DNA of 64,000 nucleotides from an uncultured virus (IMG/VR IMGVR_UViG_3300037843_000309) (IMGVR_UViG_3300037843_000309); one strand, 5' to 3'; positions 27,201-37,519 are shown, numbered from the stretch's first letter. The notes: generated from the sequence alone by a model not told the origin. Numbers and translations: made by a program.

Positions 27201-27427
27201 AGTTTCGGTGTTCCTGCGGCGGCATGGGGCTTGCAGTAGTCGAGGTTGTCTCCGACGCGAGTCGCGCAGTCGCGGCACTGCCAGCGGTCACAGGTCTGCA
27301 TCCGCCCGTTGCGCCTCACAGGGTAGTCGCATTGGATTGTCCCCGGCTTCCCGCAGGACTCGCAAGGCTTCGCTCGACTCGGCCCACGGCTACAGATAAT
27401 CATTCCGTTCCGGTGTTCGCAGGGCAC
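27197..27427 (-). CDS. Cys-rich Zn-finger protein
   Basis: CESCG...QCDYP...TCDR..C..C...DYC..H. Confidence 0.55.
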   Translation of the reverse strand: MPCEHRNGMIICSRGPSRAKPCESCGKPGTIQCDYPVRRNGRMQTCDRWQCRDCATRVGDNLDYCKPHAAAGTPKL

Positions 27428-28222
27428 TTAGACCTCCATCACAAGCGGAAATTCCGACCACGCGCAAACCGTCTTCACGTTCCCCCGGCCATTGAGTCCC
27501 CGTTTTGCCGCAGCGAGCGCCAAGGGTACCAAATTATTGGCCCGGCTCATGTGGATGAGCGCGACCGTATGCAGGTTCGGCCACTCCTGGGACGCGAGGA
27601 ACGCCTCGATGTCGTTATTGGATAAATGTCCATACCCAGCCATCAGGCGTTTCTTCAGCTTTTCGTGGTACTCCTCATTTTCGGCCATCATGGCGACGGA
27701 GTAGTTGGCCTCGATGGCGAGGACGTGGCAGGGCTTCGCGTATTCCCTGATTTCGTCCGTGATACCTCCCAAGTCGGTGAGAATACAAACCTTCCTTGAT
27801 TCGGGAGTGAAGTCGTGCTCTGCGGTGCTGGCGGTTGATATTCGGAACCCTACCGACCCTTGAGTGTGGGCTACCGGAATACTCTGGACGTAAAACCCCC
27901 ATTCGGGAAGGTGGAATCCCTGTCCCACATCGAACACCCGCACATCCCACGGCTTCACCTTGTCTTTGAGCGCCTGCCAACAATCCTTCGAGCAGAAGAT
28001 GGGGCAGTGCCAGTAGCGCGAGGCTTCCTCGGCAAATCCCGCGTGGTCGAGGTGGTCGTGGCTAAGCAGGATGCCGTCGGGCTTCAGCATGCAGCGCGCC
28101 GCGCTCTTGAGCGCGAGCATCCGGCGCATCGGGATCCCCGCCTCCACCACCAGGCAGTGCTTCTCCGTCCACACCAGAGAGGCGTTACCGCTTGAGCCGG
28201 AGGCGAGGATGGCGTATTTCAT
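27428..28222 (-). CDS. MBL-fold metallo-hydrolase (YycJ/WalJ-like nuclease)
   Basis: LASGSSGN, SHDHLDH, TDLG, IEANY, GHLSN, HMSRANN. Confidence 0.9.
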   Translation of the reverse strand: MKYAILASGSSGNASLVWTEKHCLVVEAGIPMRRMLALKSAARCMLKPDGILLSHDHLDHAGFAEEASRYWHCPIFCSKDCWQALKDKVKPWDVRVFDVGQGFHLPEWGFYVQSIPVAHTQGSVGFRISTASTAEHDFTPESRKVCILTDLGGITDEIREYAKPCHVLAIEANYSVAMMAENEEYHEKLKKRLMAGYGHLSNNDIEAFLASQEWPNLHTVALIHMSRANNLVPLALAAAKRGLNGRGNVKTVCAWSEFPLVMEV

Positions 28223-28466
28223 CAGAAGTATCTTTCCTTGACCCCAACAGCTTCCGAGACCAGCGATCGGAGGTGAGCGCGGTGTAGTGATTTCCCATAT
28301 TCGTGCTCAAATCCCTTGTTTTTCTTGGTCATCCTGAAACAGTTTTCCCATCCACACGCGCAATTTGACCAAATGGTTTTTCCTACTACGCAGATTCCGC
28401 AATAGGTGTGCGTGTCGATGGCACTCATAACCTTATCCCGAATTTTTGAGGGCGTAAGCCTTTTTT

Positions 28467-28781
28467 TCATTCCCCCTCCGCCAGCCACTCGGCTATCTTT
28501 CTGGCGACGTGGCGGTCGTGGGCATCGTGATAGTGCTCTGCCCATTTAACTTCGATGTCCTGTCCACAAACGCATCCGATAACGTCACCGTGAGGCTCGC
28601 TGGAATGGTGCTTTGCCAGCACCTCCGCAATGCCATGGGTCATCCGCTCAATCTCGGCCCCCGCCAGTGCAGGCCCTGCACTGGGTTTCACGTCCGTCCT
28701 GCCGTTGACGTAGTCGAGTTCTTCTTTGGTTGGTGGCTTGAGCATCTGCTTCAAACCATCCAGAAAGTCGGCTTCCATCAT
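28467..28781 (-). CDS. Hypothetical protein
   Basis: Coupled small ORF. Contains an in-frame palindrome copy (SAGPAL). Confidence 0.45.
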   Translation of the reverse strand: MMEADFLDGLKQMLKPPTKEELDYVNGRTDVKPSAGPALAGAEIERMTHGIAEVLAKHHSSEPHGDVIGCVCGQDIEVKWAEHYHDAHDRHVARKIAEWLAEGE

Positions 28782-28977
28782 CCCCTCCTAGCTTTTTGAA
28801 GTGCTTCGCAGATGATTTTCCAGCATTTCGGGCAGTAGTCCTCGTCTGGAATGATTACGTCAAGCGAGACGCTCCCAGAAATAGTGCTGGTGTGAACGTG
28901 TTTCCAGAAGGTTCCCGTCTCGGTTTCCTCCCCGCAGCCATTGCAAATGGTTGTTGGCTTTCTCCCCTTTGCCACTT

Positions 28978-30690
28978 TTACACCCTCCTTGGCGGGCGTC
29001 CCGCCAGCACCTCAACCATATCGCGGAATCGGTCAATCATTTCCCGATCCTCGCGGTCGTGCCACACCAGGGGTTCGATGACCCCTGCCTTCTCGTACAT
29101 CAAGGTGGCTTGCGCCAAGTCCATCGACTTCCGCGCGAGCAGCGTCATACAGTGGATATTCGACCGTTGCAGGTTGTCGGCGCGTATCGCGGCGCGGTCC
29201 CGCGCCTGCTTCCAATCCTCCGGCACATAGGGAATCGACACGAAAATGACAGTGGACGCGGCGGTGAGCGTCACCCCGTAGTAGCCGGCGGGAGAGCACA
29301 GGCAGACGCGCTTTTCAGGGTTCGATTGGAAATCGGCCGCGGCGGCGTACTTCTCGGCGGCGTCCATCTGTCCCTCGATGATGACGCTCGACTTCAGATA
29401 CTTCGCCTGGATGCGGTAGAGTGGTTCGAGGTAATCGCAGAACACCACCACCTTCAGGTCCTCGCCCAGTGACTGCTCGACCTGCTCGAGCGCCCCCTCA
29501 ACCTTGCCAATGGCGCCAAGCTGGTGCAGGTGCCCACGGAAACCCAGAATCTGGCCCCCAAGCTGGATGCGCTCCTCCTCGTCCTTGGTCTTAGCGAAGC
29601 GTTCCTTCAGCGCGAACATCTCGCGCAATGCGGCGTTGTATTCGGCCCGGTTCGACAGGTCCATTAGCGGGAAGGAATAGGTGATGGGCGGGATCTCGCC
29701 AAACACATCCTTCTTGCGCCGGCCGATAGAGAACTGATTGAGGATCTCGGCCAGTTCTTCCTGATTCGATGCGCCGTCGAAGTTCCATATTTTCTTCTTC
29801 TTGGCGCCTTGCGGACCCTTAACCCAAATCTCCTCCTGAAACCCATTGCAGTATCGGATGAGCCACCGGAAGGCTTGCTCCTTGCGGAGCTTCCCAAGAA
29901 TCTGGAAGATAGGCGCGAGTTCCTTCGGGCGGTTCCGCACCGGGCTCCCTGTCTCGCAGTGGGCCTTCCGGATGGTCGTTCCGATCTCGATGGCGGCATC
30001 CCCGCGGAGCGACGAGGAGCCCGACTTCGCGTAATGCGCCTCGGAGAAGATGACGCAGGCGAACCCGTGCGCGAGGATTTGGGCCTTCCTGTGATGCAAA
30101 ATATCCCAATTCAAAATACAAAAGTCCACTCCCGCTGGCGCGAAGTCGCCTTCCCGGCCCTCGATGACGGCGGTGGTCGCCCCCGGCATCGCCTTCAAGA
30201 TTTCGTCTCGATAAAAATACTTCGTCGTGCTGGGGCAAACCACGAGGCATCCGTGCAGCGGTTGGGCCCCGAATGTTCGGCTTTCGAGCCGCGGCATGGC
30301 CCATCCGATGGCTTGCCGAGTTTTCCCGAGCCCTGGTTCATCGCGGTTCAGGCATGTGTCCAGTTGCCGCAGGAAGGCGATCCCGGCCCTTTGGTACGGA
30401 AACAAACTGCACGCCATGTCGGATGGGTGAGGCGCGTCGGGAAGCGCGCGCGCAACCTCTAATTCTTGGCGTTTCGCCCGGTACGGCGATAGTGACGGGT
30501 CAATCCATGCTGTCGGGAAAGCCTCGAAAACTCTTTCGGCGTATTCTTTTGGGACCAGCCAGCGCGCCCCGCCTTCCTTGGTGAATCGGCGCCCAGGCAG
30601 GTTCGAGGCAATCTTATAGGCGTACTCGTTCCACGTGAAACGTATGGCGATCTGGTCCCCTTCGAGGCTCAACTGGACTGGGGTTGACAT
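28978..30690 (-). CDS. SNF2-family (HARP/SMARCAL1-like) helicase
   Basis: LFPYQ..G, DEPGLGKT, LVVCP, SEAH, TGSPVRN, KVVVF, GVTLTAA, QARDR. Confidence 0.85.
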   Translation of the reverse strand: MSTPVQLSLEGDQIAIRFTWNEYAYKIASNLPGRRFTKEGGARWLVPKEYAERVFEAFPTAWIDPSLSPYRAKRQELEVARALPDAPHPSDMACSLFPYQRAGIAFLRQLDTCLNRDEPGLGKTRQAIGWAMPRLESRTFGAQPLHGCLVVCPSTTKYFYRDEILKAMPGATTAVIEGREGDFAPAGVDFCILNWDILHHRKAQILAHGFACVIFSEAHYAKSGSSSLRGDAAIEIGTTIRKAHCETGSPVRNRPKELAPIFQILGKLRKEQAFRWLIRYCNGFQEEIWVKGPQGAKKKKIWNFDGASNQEELAEILNQFSIGRRKKDVFGEIPPITYSFPLMDLSNRAEYNAALREMFALKERFAKTKDEEERIQLGGQILGFRGHLHQLGAIGKVEGALEQVEQSLGEDLKVVVFCDYLEPLYRIQAKYLKSSVIIEGQMDAAEKYAAAADFQSNPEKRVCLCSPAGYYGVTLTAASTVIFVSIPYVPEDWKQARDRAAIRADNLQRSNIHCMTLLARKSMDLAQATLMYEKAGVIEPLVWHDREDREMIDRFRDMVEVLAGRPPRRV

Positions 30691-31318
30691 TAGTGTGCCT
30701 CCAACCAACGCAGCCACATTGCAAGCAAAGACATCGCGGTCACGAGAACACCGATACAGAAGGCTCCGGTGAGAAAGTACGCGACGACCATAAGCCCAAC
30801 CTCTCCAAAGCTTTCTCCGCTTCGATGCCGTCTTCTCATCAGCGCGCCTCCATCATAGCGAACATCCGTTTCAATTCAGGCAACCCCTTTTCCCTCTGAC
30901 AGTTACGGCAGAAACCGGTGCGATTCCCGATCTTGATGTTGGCGTCGCAACGCCGGCACTTGTCGTCGCTCAACCGCGGCCCTCCGCGCTTTGCTCCCCA
31001 GGTGGCGAAGTCCTTGGTGCCATGCTTGGCGCGTTGCGCCGCGGCCCCCAGCTTCCCGCGTTCTTGCCGGCTCATGGTCATGGGTGGCCAACTAGGTACG
31101 CGAGGATTCCCCCGATGATCGACAGCAGGATGATGACGATACCCATGTTGCGCATAAACCAATCATCTCCGCAGTCGGAGGCAACAAAACAGCCGCAGAG
31201 CATAGTCAACAGGAAGATCGCAAAAAAAGGTATCCAAACGGGGTCCGACTGCGGTGCAAACATGGTTTCCCTCCCACTTGACTCAAGTAGCAATTTCTAC
31301 TCGCATTTGACACCATTG

Positions 31319-31717
31319 TCAAGTGCTTTCGTTTTGGTAGTCGCCTGAATAACGGTGGTTCATAATAAAGTTACCGCGCGACACTTTCTTTTTGGCTGTT
31401 TCTCCCCTCTCGAATCGCTTTATCCAGTTACAGTTAGCGCAAAGAAGTTGGTACTTCCCGGTGGTATTGTGGAGAGCACTAAAGAGGAAAGCACCTTGTC
31501 CCCACTTGTCTATTTCTTTTCGTCCTCCACCCCTAACGTGGTCAATTTGAAGGGCTCTATAGTCAGTGCACCCCATCGTTCCGTCCTCGTTTAGCCACCG
31601 ACATTTTGGGTTGTTGCACCTGCGCCCGAATTTATCGAGAATCTTTTCCCTTAAGCTGTGGTGGCGCTGAAGCGCGACCCGCGCCACCACTTTTACAAGA
31701 AATTCCTTTTTCTTCAC
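31319..31717 (-). CDS. HNH-like nuclease
   Basis: CNNPKC...LQIDHVRGGG...YQLLCANCNWIK. Confidence 0.7.
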   Translation of the reverse strand: MKKKEFLVKVVARVALQRHHSLREKILDKFGRRCNNPKCRWLNEDGTMGCTDYRALQIDHVRGGGRKEIDKWGQGAFLFSALHNTTGKYQLLCANCNWIKRFERGETAKKKVSRGNFIMNHRYSGDYQNEST

Positions 31718-31907
31718 ATCAATATCACGGAATTCGTCTGTTTTTTAGATTTCAGGAGAGCGCCTTCCCCTTGGTCGCCCAGGTCTTCCAGTGGATTGGT
31801 CGAGTTTGGCCATTATCTCAACGCGGGTTAGTGGTAAAGGTATTGGCCATCCCCCTGGCTTGTTCGTTTTACTCATTTGTTGGCCCTCGCCTTCTCGATC
31901 TTGTCGA

Positions 31908-33329
31908 TTAGCCACCGTTCGAGGCGGTCGTCGATTGGGAAGTATCATCAGGCTGAACGGGCTGGTTCGCGCCTTGAGCACCACGATTCCGCAGCGCTCC
32001 AACCATTCGACCGAACTCGCTCCGTCTTTTTTGGTCGGCCCATTCTGCTTTAGACCATCTTGCCATTGACGCTTTTCTGGCCAATTGCTTCCGCTCTTCT
32101 GATGTCTTTGGTAGATGGGTTTTTCTTCTATATTTTTGTGTATATTCCGCGTTTTTGATGCTGTTGTGTTTCTTGCACATGGTGCCAGTGAGATACCCAA
32201 AGACGTGCCGCTTCAATCTTACGGGCTCCTCGCATCCAGGAATTCGGCAGTGCGTTGGGTGAAGTCGCGACAGTTTATGGCGGAAAATCGCTGAGTTGAT
32301 AGCCCCGGTCTTAACTCCAAAGAAATCAGCGATTTCTTGCCGCGACAACCATTCGACCTTATTTAGTTCAGCCAGCTTTTCAGGGTCAACCTTTCGTCTC
32401 TGGTTGGCCGCATACACCAAGGCGCAGGTTGGGCTACAATAAGTAGCTTTTTCCTTGATTTTCCCGCCGCAGTTCGGGCATCTGTCAGCGGCCAATAATG
32501 TCTGTTCAATTTTTGATTCAAGTCGCCTTACTCTATCAAAAACTTTTTCTAGAGCGGCCTTTCTCTTTCTCTCCTTTGCTGTTTCATGGTGGATTATCGG
32601 GGCTTCCCTTACGTCGTCCAGGCTAAGAATTAAAGCTTCAGTTTCCTTCGAGGAAAGCTGTTGTGGAATTTCGGCATCGATAGGGCCGTTCTTCGTTGAA
32701 GCCTCAGCAGCCAAACCCTCTAACTTGTCGAGTGTTTTAAGGAAGGGAGAAAGTTTCTCGACTCGCCTTACTGTAGGGTTAGGTGCGGGAGGCGTGAAGG
32801 CACACTCACGTTGTAACTCTGCGACGAGAACCCTATGCTTAAAATGGGAGGGAGTCTCATCTTTTTCCATCAAGATACCGAGTATTTCGGCCAGCCGATT
32901 GATGCTGACAGGCTTTCCAAGTCCGTCAAAGGGCTTTATTTGCCTCAATTTTCGACGAATAAGCTTGTCACATAAAAGACCATCTTCGGCAAGCGTTCGG
33001 GGTTCCTCTGGTTTCTCGATTAGCTTTGGGTCTGCCTGAGACAAAATAAGTTTCTCAAAGAGTTCTGATACCTTGCACCTAAAGACCAAGGCGTCATGCT
33101 CGAACCTTGCTCCATCTAACTTCTTGATGCGTTGCCAACGTGCGAGCGTTTCATGCGTGATGCCGATTTCTCCGCGAAGCGTTTGAATGTCCTCGCCCCT
33201 GCGGTATCTTTGGTAATAAAAGCTTGCCTCGCGGTAGCAAGAATCCGGCTCGTCAGCCTCCGACTCGGTCAGTGGGGGACGGTAGGTTATGGGATACGCT
33301 TGAATATATTCGCGCGGGCGCTTTTTCAT
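31908..33329 (-). CDS. Hypothetical DNA-binding protein (Zn-finger and HTH motifs)
   Basis: CPNCG...YCSPTC; LSRQEIADFFGV; CRIPGC...CKKH. Visibly AT-richer than its flanks. Confidence 0.55.
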   Translation of the reverse strand: MKKRPREYIQAYPITYRPPLTESEADEPDSCYREASFYYQRYRRGEDIQTLRGEIGITHETLARWQRIKKLDGARFEHDALVFRCKVSELFEKLILSQADPKLIEKPEEPRTLAEDGLLCDKLIRRKLRQIKPFDGLGKPVSINRLAEILGILMEKDETPSHFKHRVLVAELQRECAFTPPAPNPTVRRVEKLSPFLKTLDKLEGLAAEASTKNGPIDAEIPQQLSSKETEALILSLDDVREAPIIHHETAKERKRKAALEKVFDRVRRLESKIEQTLLAADRCPNCGGKIKEKATYCSPTCALVYAANQRRKVDPEKLAELNKVEWLSRQEIADFFGVKTGAINSAIFRHKLSRLHPTHCRIPGCEEPVRLKRHVFGYLTGTMCKKHNSIKNAEYTQKYRRKTHLPKTSEERKQLARKASMARWSKAEWADQKRRSEFGRMVGALRNRGAQGANQPVQPDDTSQSTTASNGG

Positions 33330-33842
33330 CTCAATGTCCTTTTCTGTGCATGACCTGCACTAGCATTTCGGCTCATGGCCCGTCAGGCTAACCCATTCGA
33401 TCCGCTTGAAGTCGGTGAGGTACCAGTCGCCAAGGGCAATCTTCGCCGCAGCGAGTGGGACGATTTGGTAGCCTGGGCGCCAGCGCCGGCGGATGACGCA
33501 GAGTGTAACCGGGTGGTCGTGCTGGCGCGAGACTTCCATAAGCGTTTCGGCCATCGCGATAGCGGCTTCTTTGTTGCTGGGGTAGGTCATGGGGTTTTGC
33601 CTTCGGCGCGCTCAATGGCAAGCTTCGCCTTTTCGATGGCGTCCCGCACCGGCTTTTTGTCCTCTTCGCCAGCTTCCTTCTCAAAACTGAGAAGGCACGC
33701 AATCAAAACCGTTTTGGCGTCTTTCAGCGCAACAACCAATTCTGGAACGATTTCGTGTTTACGCAAAGCCTCGCGGCGTTCCTCCCAGTAGAGGGACTCG
33801 CTAAGAGCGGCTTGAAATCTCACACTGTGAAGTGCGACACAA

Positions 33843-34061
33843 TCACACATGGTGTTTTCCCTTCTCCGCGCGGCGGGCGCGGTCGGCCAACTTAAATCCA
33901 AGGTCCATGATGGCATCGTAAGGAATATCGACGCCAAGTCTCTTCCCTTTCAGCTTGGCGGTGAGCGTGAAGGCGTGGAGGTCAATGATGATGGGGCGTC
34001 CGCGCTGGACGCAGGATGTTTCATAACGCTTCCGGGTTTTGGCTTGCGCCAAGGTTGTCAT
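33843..34061 (-). CDS. Small basic hypothetical protein
   Basis: GGAGG RBS, part of a run of small early ORFs. Confidence 0.45.
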   Translation of the reverse strand: MTTLAQAKTRKRYETSCVQRGRPIIIDLHAFTLTAKLKGKRLGVDIPYDAIMDLGFKLADRARRAEKGKHHV

Positions 34062-34252
34062 GGTTTTTCCTCCACAATAAAAGGTCCGTTGTGGACTATC
34101 ACTTGATGGCCCGGAAATCCGACTACATTCAAACCGACGTGCAAGCTAAGAGCCTCCCGCAGCTTGTGCTCTAAGTCGTCTACATTCGGAGCAGAAATGG
34201 AAAACTGGACTTTGAAATCCTTCATTCGTGGCATTTTTCCTCCTCGATTCTT

Positions 34253-34327
34253 TGGTGGGGATGGAGGGGTTCTAACCCTCAGCCTATCCGTTAAGAGCGG
34301 ATTGCTCTCCCTTAGAGCTACACCCCC
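34253..34327 (-). tRNA. tRNA-Lys (anticodon CTT), atypical T-loop
   Basis: GGGGGTG TA GCTC-TAAGGGA-GAGC A ATCCG-CTCTTAA-CGGAT AGGCT GAGGG-TTAGAAC-CCCTC CATCCCC A CCA. All four stems pair and CCA is encoded. Confidence 0.85.
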
Positions 34328-34334
34328 ACAAACT

Positions 34335-34988
34335 CTACGCTTCCAGCAACATCAGGTCCAGACGGTTCAGGCTTTCGCGCATCGAATTGTTTGCTTCTTT
34401 CACGATGCGGGCGTAGTTCGGTTCCGGTGCCCCTAGCGCCTCGGCTTGCCAGATGGCGCGGAGCCGATCCGCGAACGCTTGCGCCACTCCGTAATTTGAG
34501 AACGGCACATTCAGGCAGCGGCCGACGAGGCGGCGCTCAAGATTTTCAATACAGTTGGTGGTGAGAATCCAAATTACATTGGGCTCGTCCCCAGCTTCCG
34601 AGTGTCCGCCGATAGCGGCGTGAAGTCCGGTCGTGCCGTCGATATTGGAAAGCATGGCAACTTGGGCGGTGCTGGATGCCTGGTCAAACTCATCGGCCAG
34701 CGCAACCCAGAACTTCCCAACGGGCGGGTGGTAGTCGTGAACTTCGCGGGTGATCTCGCGCACACGGTCTACCGTGAACTCGCCAGCGGGAATGTGAATC
34801 AGGCTTCCGGGCAGCTCCGCGGCAAAGGCGAGTCCCATCGCAGTTTTGCCTACGCCAGTCGGCCCCTCGCACAGCAAGGCGCACGGGCGCGGGCGTCGGA
34901 GGAGATTCGAGAATATGCGCTTGGGCTTGTCGAGTCCCACAAAGGCCGAAATCGTGGTAGGACGATATTTCTGTTCAAGTCGCTGCAT
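34335..34988 (-). CDS. Clamp-loader-like (DnaX/RFC) AAA+ ATPase
   Basis: [44 protein letters not shown]. Confidence 0.8.
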   Translation of the reverse strand: MQRLEQKYRPTTISAFVGLDKPKRIFSNLLRRPRPCALLCEGPTGVGKTAMGLAFAAELPGSLIHIPAGEFTVDRVREITREVHDYHPPVGKFWVALADEFDQASSTAQVAMLSNIDGTTGLHAAIGGHSEAGDEPNVIWILTTNCIENLERRLVGRCLNVPFSNYGVAQAFADRLRAIWQAEALGAPEPNYARIVKEANNSMRESLNRLDLMLLEA

Positions 34989-35788
34989 TAGATTTCCCCT
35001 TCCCATAAAACCTTGGCATCCTTGCCGCCATGAATACGCCACTTATTTCCGTCGTAACTGGGTACAAGGCCATGCTTCCAAAGGTAGACGCAAGACTCAA
35101 ATGGGTAGCCGTCTCCCGCGATCTTATCCGTATACTTCCACGCCCTGCGTGGAAGCACGAAAAATGATCCAATATAAGCCCGGACCGAAGCCCAGACCGA
35201 AGCCCCGACCGAATCCCGGACCGAAGCCCCGACCGAATCCCCGACCGAAGCCCAGACCGAATCCCCGACCGAAGCCCAGACCGAATCCCCGACCGAAGCC
35301 CCGACCGAAGCCCCGACCGAAGCCCCGACCGAAGCCCGGACCGAAGCCCCGACCGAAGCCCGGACCGAAGCCCGGACCGAAGCCCCGACCGAAGCCCGGA
35401 CCGAAGCCCATTGCTTCAATGCGGTCAGTTGCTTTTTTGTGATTTTCTTGGGCGGTTTGAGCGAGAACGGATGTACGATGGGCTTGCGAACGATGAGCCG
35501 ATTTAATTGGCGCTTCCATTGGGCATGAGCCTTCCATGCGGCCTTCTCGTCAAGCGGCGTCCACCATTCCGGCGTGATGCTCTGGTCGATCTTAAACACC
35601 CATTTGTCAGGGTGTAGGTAATTGCCATTGGCGGGGGTGATCTCGATAGCGGCGAAGTGCATCTCTTTCGGATCGGCGGTCGTATCGCGCAAGCCGAATT
35701 GCTCAACCAGGTCGCTGTGCGAGTCCACGGCGAACTTCCACTTCACTTCGCCTGACTTCAAAACCAAACACGAAAATGCTTTGCACAT
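34988..35788 (-). CDS. Hypothetical protein with tetrapeptide repeat tract
   Basis: MCKAFSCLV...DSHS..., then 19 x (A/D)SV(G/R/W). GGAGGG RBS and promoter upstream. Confidence 0.7.
   Translation of the reverse strand: MCKAFSCLVLKSGEVKWKFAVDSHSDLVEQFGLRDTTADPKEMHFAAIEITPANGNYLHPDKWVFKIDQSITPEWWTPLDEKAAWKAHAQWKRQLNRLIVRKPIVHPFSLKPPKKITKKQLTALKQWASVRASVGASVRASVRASVGASVRASVGASVGASVGASVGDSVWASVGDSVWASVGDSVGASVRDSVGASVWASVRAYIGSFFVLPRRAWKYTDKIAGDGYPFESCVYLWKHGLVPSYDGNKWRIHGGKDAKVLWEGEI
35180..35407 (-). repeat. 12-bp minisatellite, 19 units
   Basis: Unit G(C/A)TTCGGTC(C/G/T)GG on the - strand, 228 bp. Confidence 0.95.
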
Positions 35789-35809
35789 ATCCTTTTCCCT
35801 CCGGCGCTG

Positions 35810-35837
35810 ATTCTATCCCTCTGGTACTTGGTGTCAA
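35810..35837 (-). promoter_or_regulatory. sigma70-like promoter
   Basis: TTGACA-16 bp-TAGAAT on the - strand. Confidence 0.5.
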
Positions 35838-36068
35838 GTGTTAATTCGAGTTTTCCACAACTTTTTCAGTACAGGTCCTGCACTGGCTTACAACTTGAGC
35901 CGGCCTTGCGGTTCCGGGTTAAACAAATTGTCCTGTTTCGCCGGCTTCAACGGTGCCGGCGGGCGGGTGCCGAAGGCGAGGCGAGGCGCTTCGCCCTCGG
36001 CGTCCTGGCGTTTCTGCTGCTCCTCCGACTCGAAATCATCAAGGTCATCGAAAAGCATGAATCCCTCC

Positions 36069-36497
36069 TCAGTGTTTCGGTGGTTTGTGGATTGGCGCGG
36101 GTGCGGTTGGCAGGTCGCGGATCTCGCGCAGGTTCGATGCAATGCCGGTTCCCGATGCCTGAAAAGAATAGGCAAAGGGTGCCAGCCAAAACCGGTTAAA
36201 CCGCTTCGACTTCCTCATCTCGTAGGCGGAAACGTCCAGCCCGATGGAGATAGGAATCAGTGTCAACGACATCCGGGCGGTGCCTGGGTGCGGTCCGAGC
36301 AGCGGGTTCGCCTCGGCGGACGCAGGATTGGTAGCCTGGACGCGCTGGCGGGTGTAAATGTCGATGGCGTTGCCGACGATCCCCGCGGCAGCGAGGCTCA
36401 AAAATTTCTTGTCCAGCGGTCGCGGCTTGGGTGGTTGCTGGCCGAAGGCGGAGCCCACGGCCAGCAGGGAAGCGAGAATCATGGGTGTGATCTTCAT
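36069..36497 (-). CDS. Secreted/membrane hypothetical protein
   Basis: Signal-peptide-like MKITPMILASLLAVGSAFG; EANPLLG motif. Confidence 0.5.
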   Translation of the reverse strand: MKITPMILASLLAVGSAFGQQPPKPRPLDKKFLSLAAAGIVGNAIDIYTRQRVQATNPASAEANPLLGPHPGTARMSLTLIPISIGLDVSAYEMRKSKRFNRFWLAPFAYSFQASGTGIASNLREIRDLPTAPAPIHKPPKH

Positions 36498-36507
36498 GGC
36501 GAACCCC

Positions 36508-36693
36508 CTACGGTTTGATGTAAGCGTTGAGCCCGATGATGACGGGCTTGCCGTTGACCTGGGCGCCGGAAGGCGTATTCCCGTGGGTGGAAGCGACAAC
36601 CAAGGTCTTGCCGGTCGCGCTGGGTGTGGGTGTAGGGTTCATGTCGATTTCGATTTTCAACTTTCCCCCTTCGATTTTTGCGGTCATGCTCAT
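36508..36693 (-). CDS. Small conserved-looking hypothetical protein
   Basis: PSATGKTLVVASTHGN...IGLNAY. AGGAG RBS. Confidence 0.6.
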   Translation of the reverse strand: MSMTAKIEGGKLKIEIDMNPTPTPSATGKTLVVASTHGNTPSGAQVNGKPVIIGLNAYIKP

Positions 36694-36741
36694 GGTGGCG
36701 GATCTCCTTTTCGGTTTAGGGCGCTGTGCGCCGGTTTTGGG

Positions 36742-37113
36742 TTAATAGGTGCGCTTGCTGGCGTTGTGGATTGCCTTGCCAATTGTTGCGCAGGTGTTCT
36801 CAAGCTGGAATCTGTCCGAGTTTTTGATTGACTTCGGGAAGTATCGGCGTGCAGTTTCAATCAGTTTTGCCGCATACTCCAAAGCCTTAAGCATTTCCGG
36901 CGCAGCTTTCAGCAGGTGCATAACCTCGTTGTCGAGGCGGATCGCCTTCCCACTGTTGCCGGTGGGACTGGGATCCTGGTAGTTGACGTAAAGAACGATC
37001 TCCTTCGGCAGCCCACGGACATACTTGTTATGCTCGGTAGGCTTGAAGGTGGAGTCGTCAAACTCAACTGCGATATTCCGGTTATGGTCCGGGTGATCTC
37101 GAAATTTCATCAT
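36742..37113 (-). CDS. Hypothetical protein
   Basis: GAGGAGGG RBS. 'LLKAAPEMLKAL' motif common in phage early proteins. Confidence 0.55.
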   Translation of the reverse strand: MMKFRDHPDHNRNIAVEFDDSTFKPTEHNKYVRGLPKEIVLYVNYQDPSPTGNSGKAIRLDNEVMHLLKAAPEMLKALEYAAKLIETARRYFPKSIKNSDRFQLENTCATIGKAIHNASKRTY

Positions 37114-37519
37114 GGCGTTAGCCCTCCTCGTCTAAGCGGTCCCGGGAATGTCCGGGTGAGTGCATGGCCTGCACTGGCGTCGGCACTCCCAGCACGGCTC
37201 AGAATGTGTTAATGGCTACGCCAAACCCCAGCACGGTCCGCAGGTCACTCCCCAGCGACTCATAACCGGAAGAGAGGCATTCCCTCTTGGCGTTGATCCG
37301 GTATCCCAAAACGTTGTGAAGGTGCATCGAAATCCACGTTGGGCGGTTTTGGGAAATCTCGAAAACGTCGTAATACCGTCCGTTGGTCCCTCGCCAGCGG
37401 TAAACGTGGATAACCCCAGTCCCACCCTTCAGCGGGTTCAAAACCTTGTCCAGAAATTCAAGCGAAGTGCGCTTCCGTCCGGCGCGTTGTCCGGCAGCTT
37501 CTTGTTGCGGTGTCATGGT

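Noticed and set aside
34846..35537. ORFs encoding KPRP/KPGP (+ strand) and GFGR/GFGP (- strand) repeats
   Set aside because: These are alternative frames of the 12-bp minisatellite. The 34988-35788 frame has the RBS, promoter and non-repetitive flanking domains.
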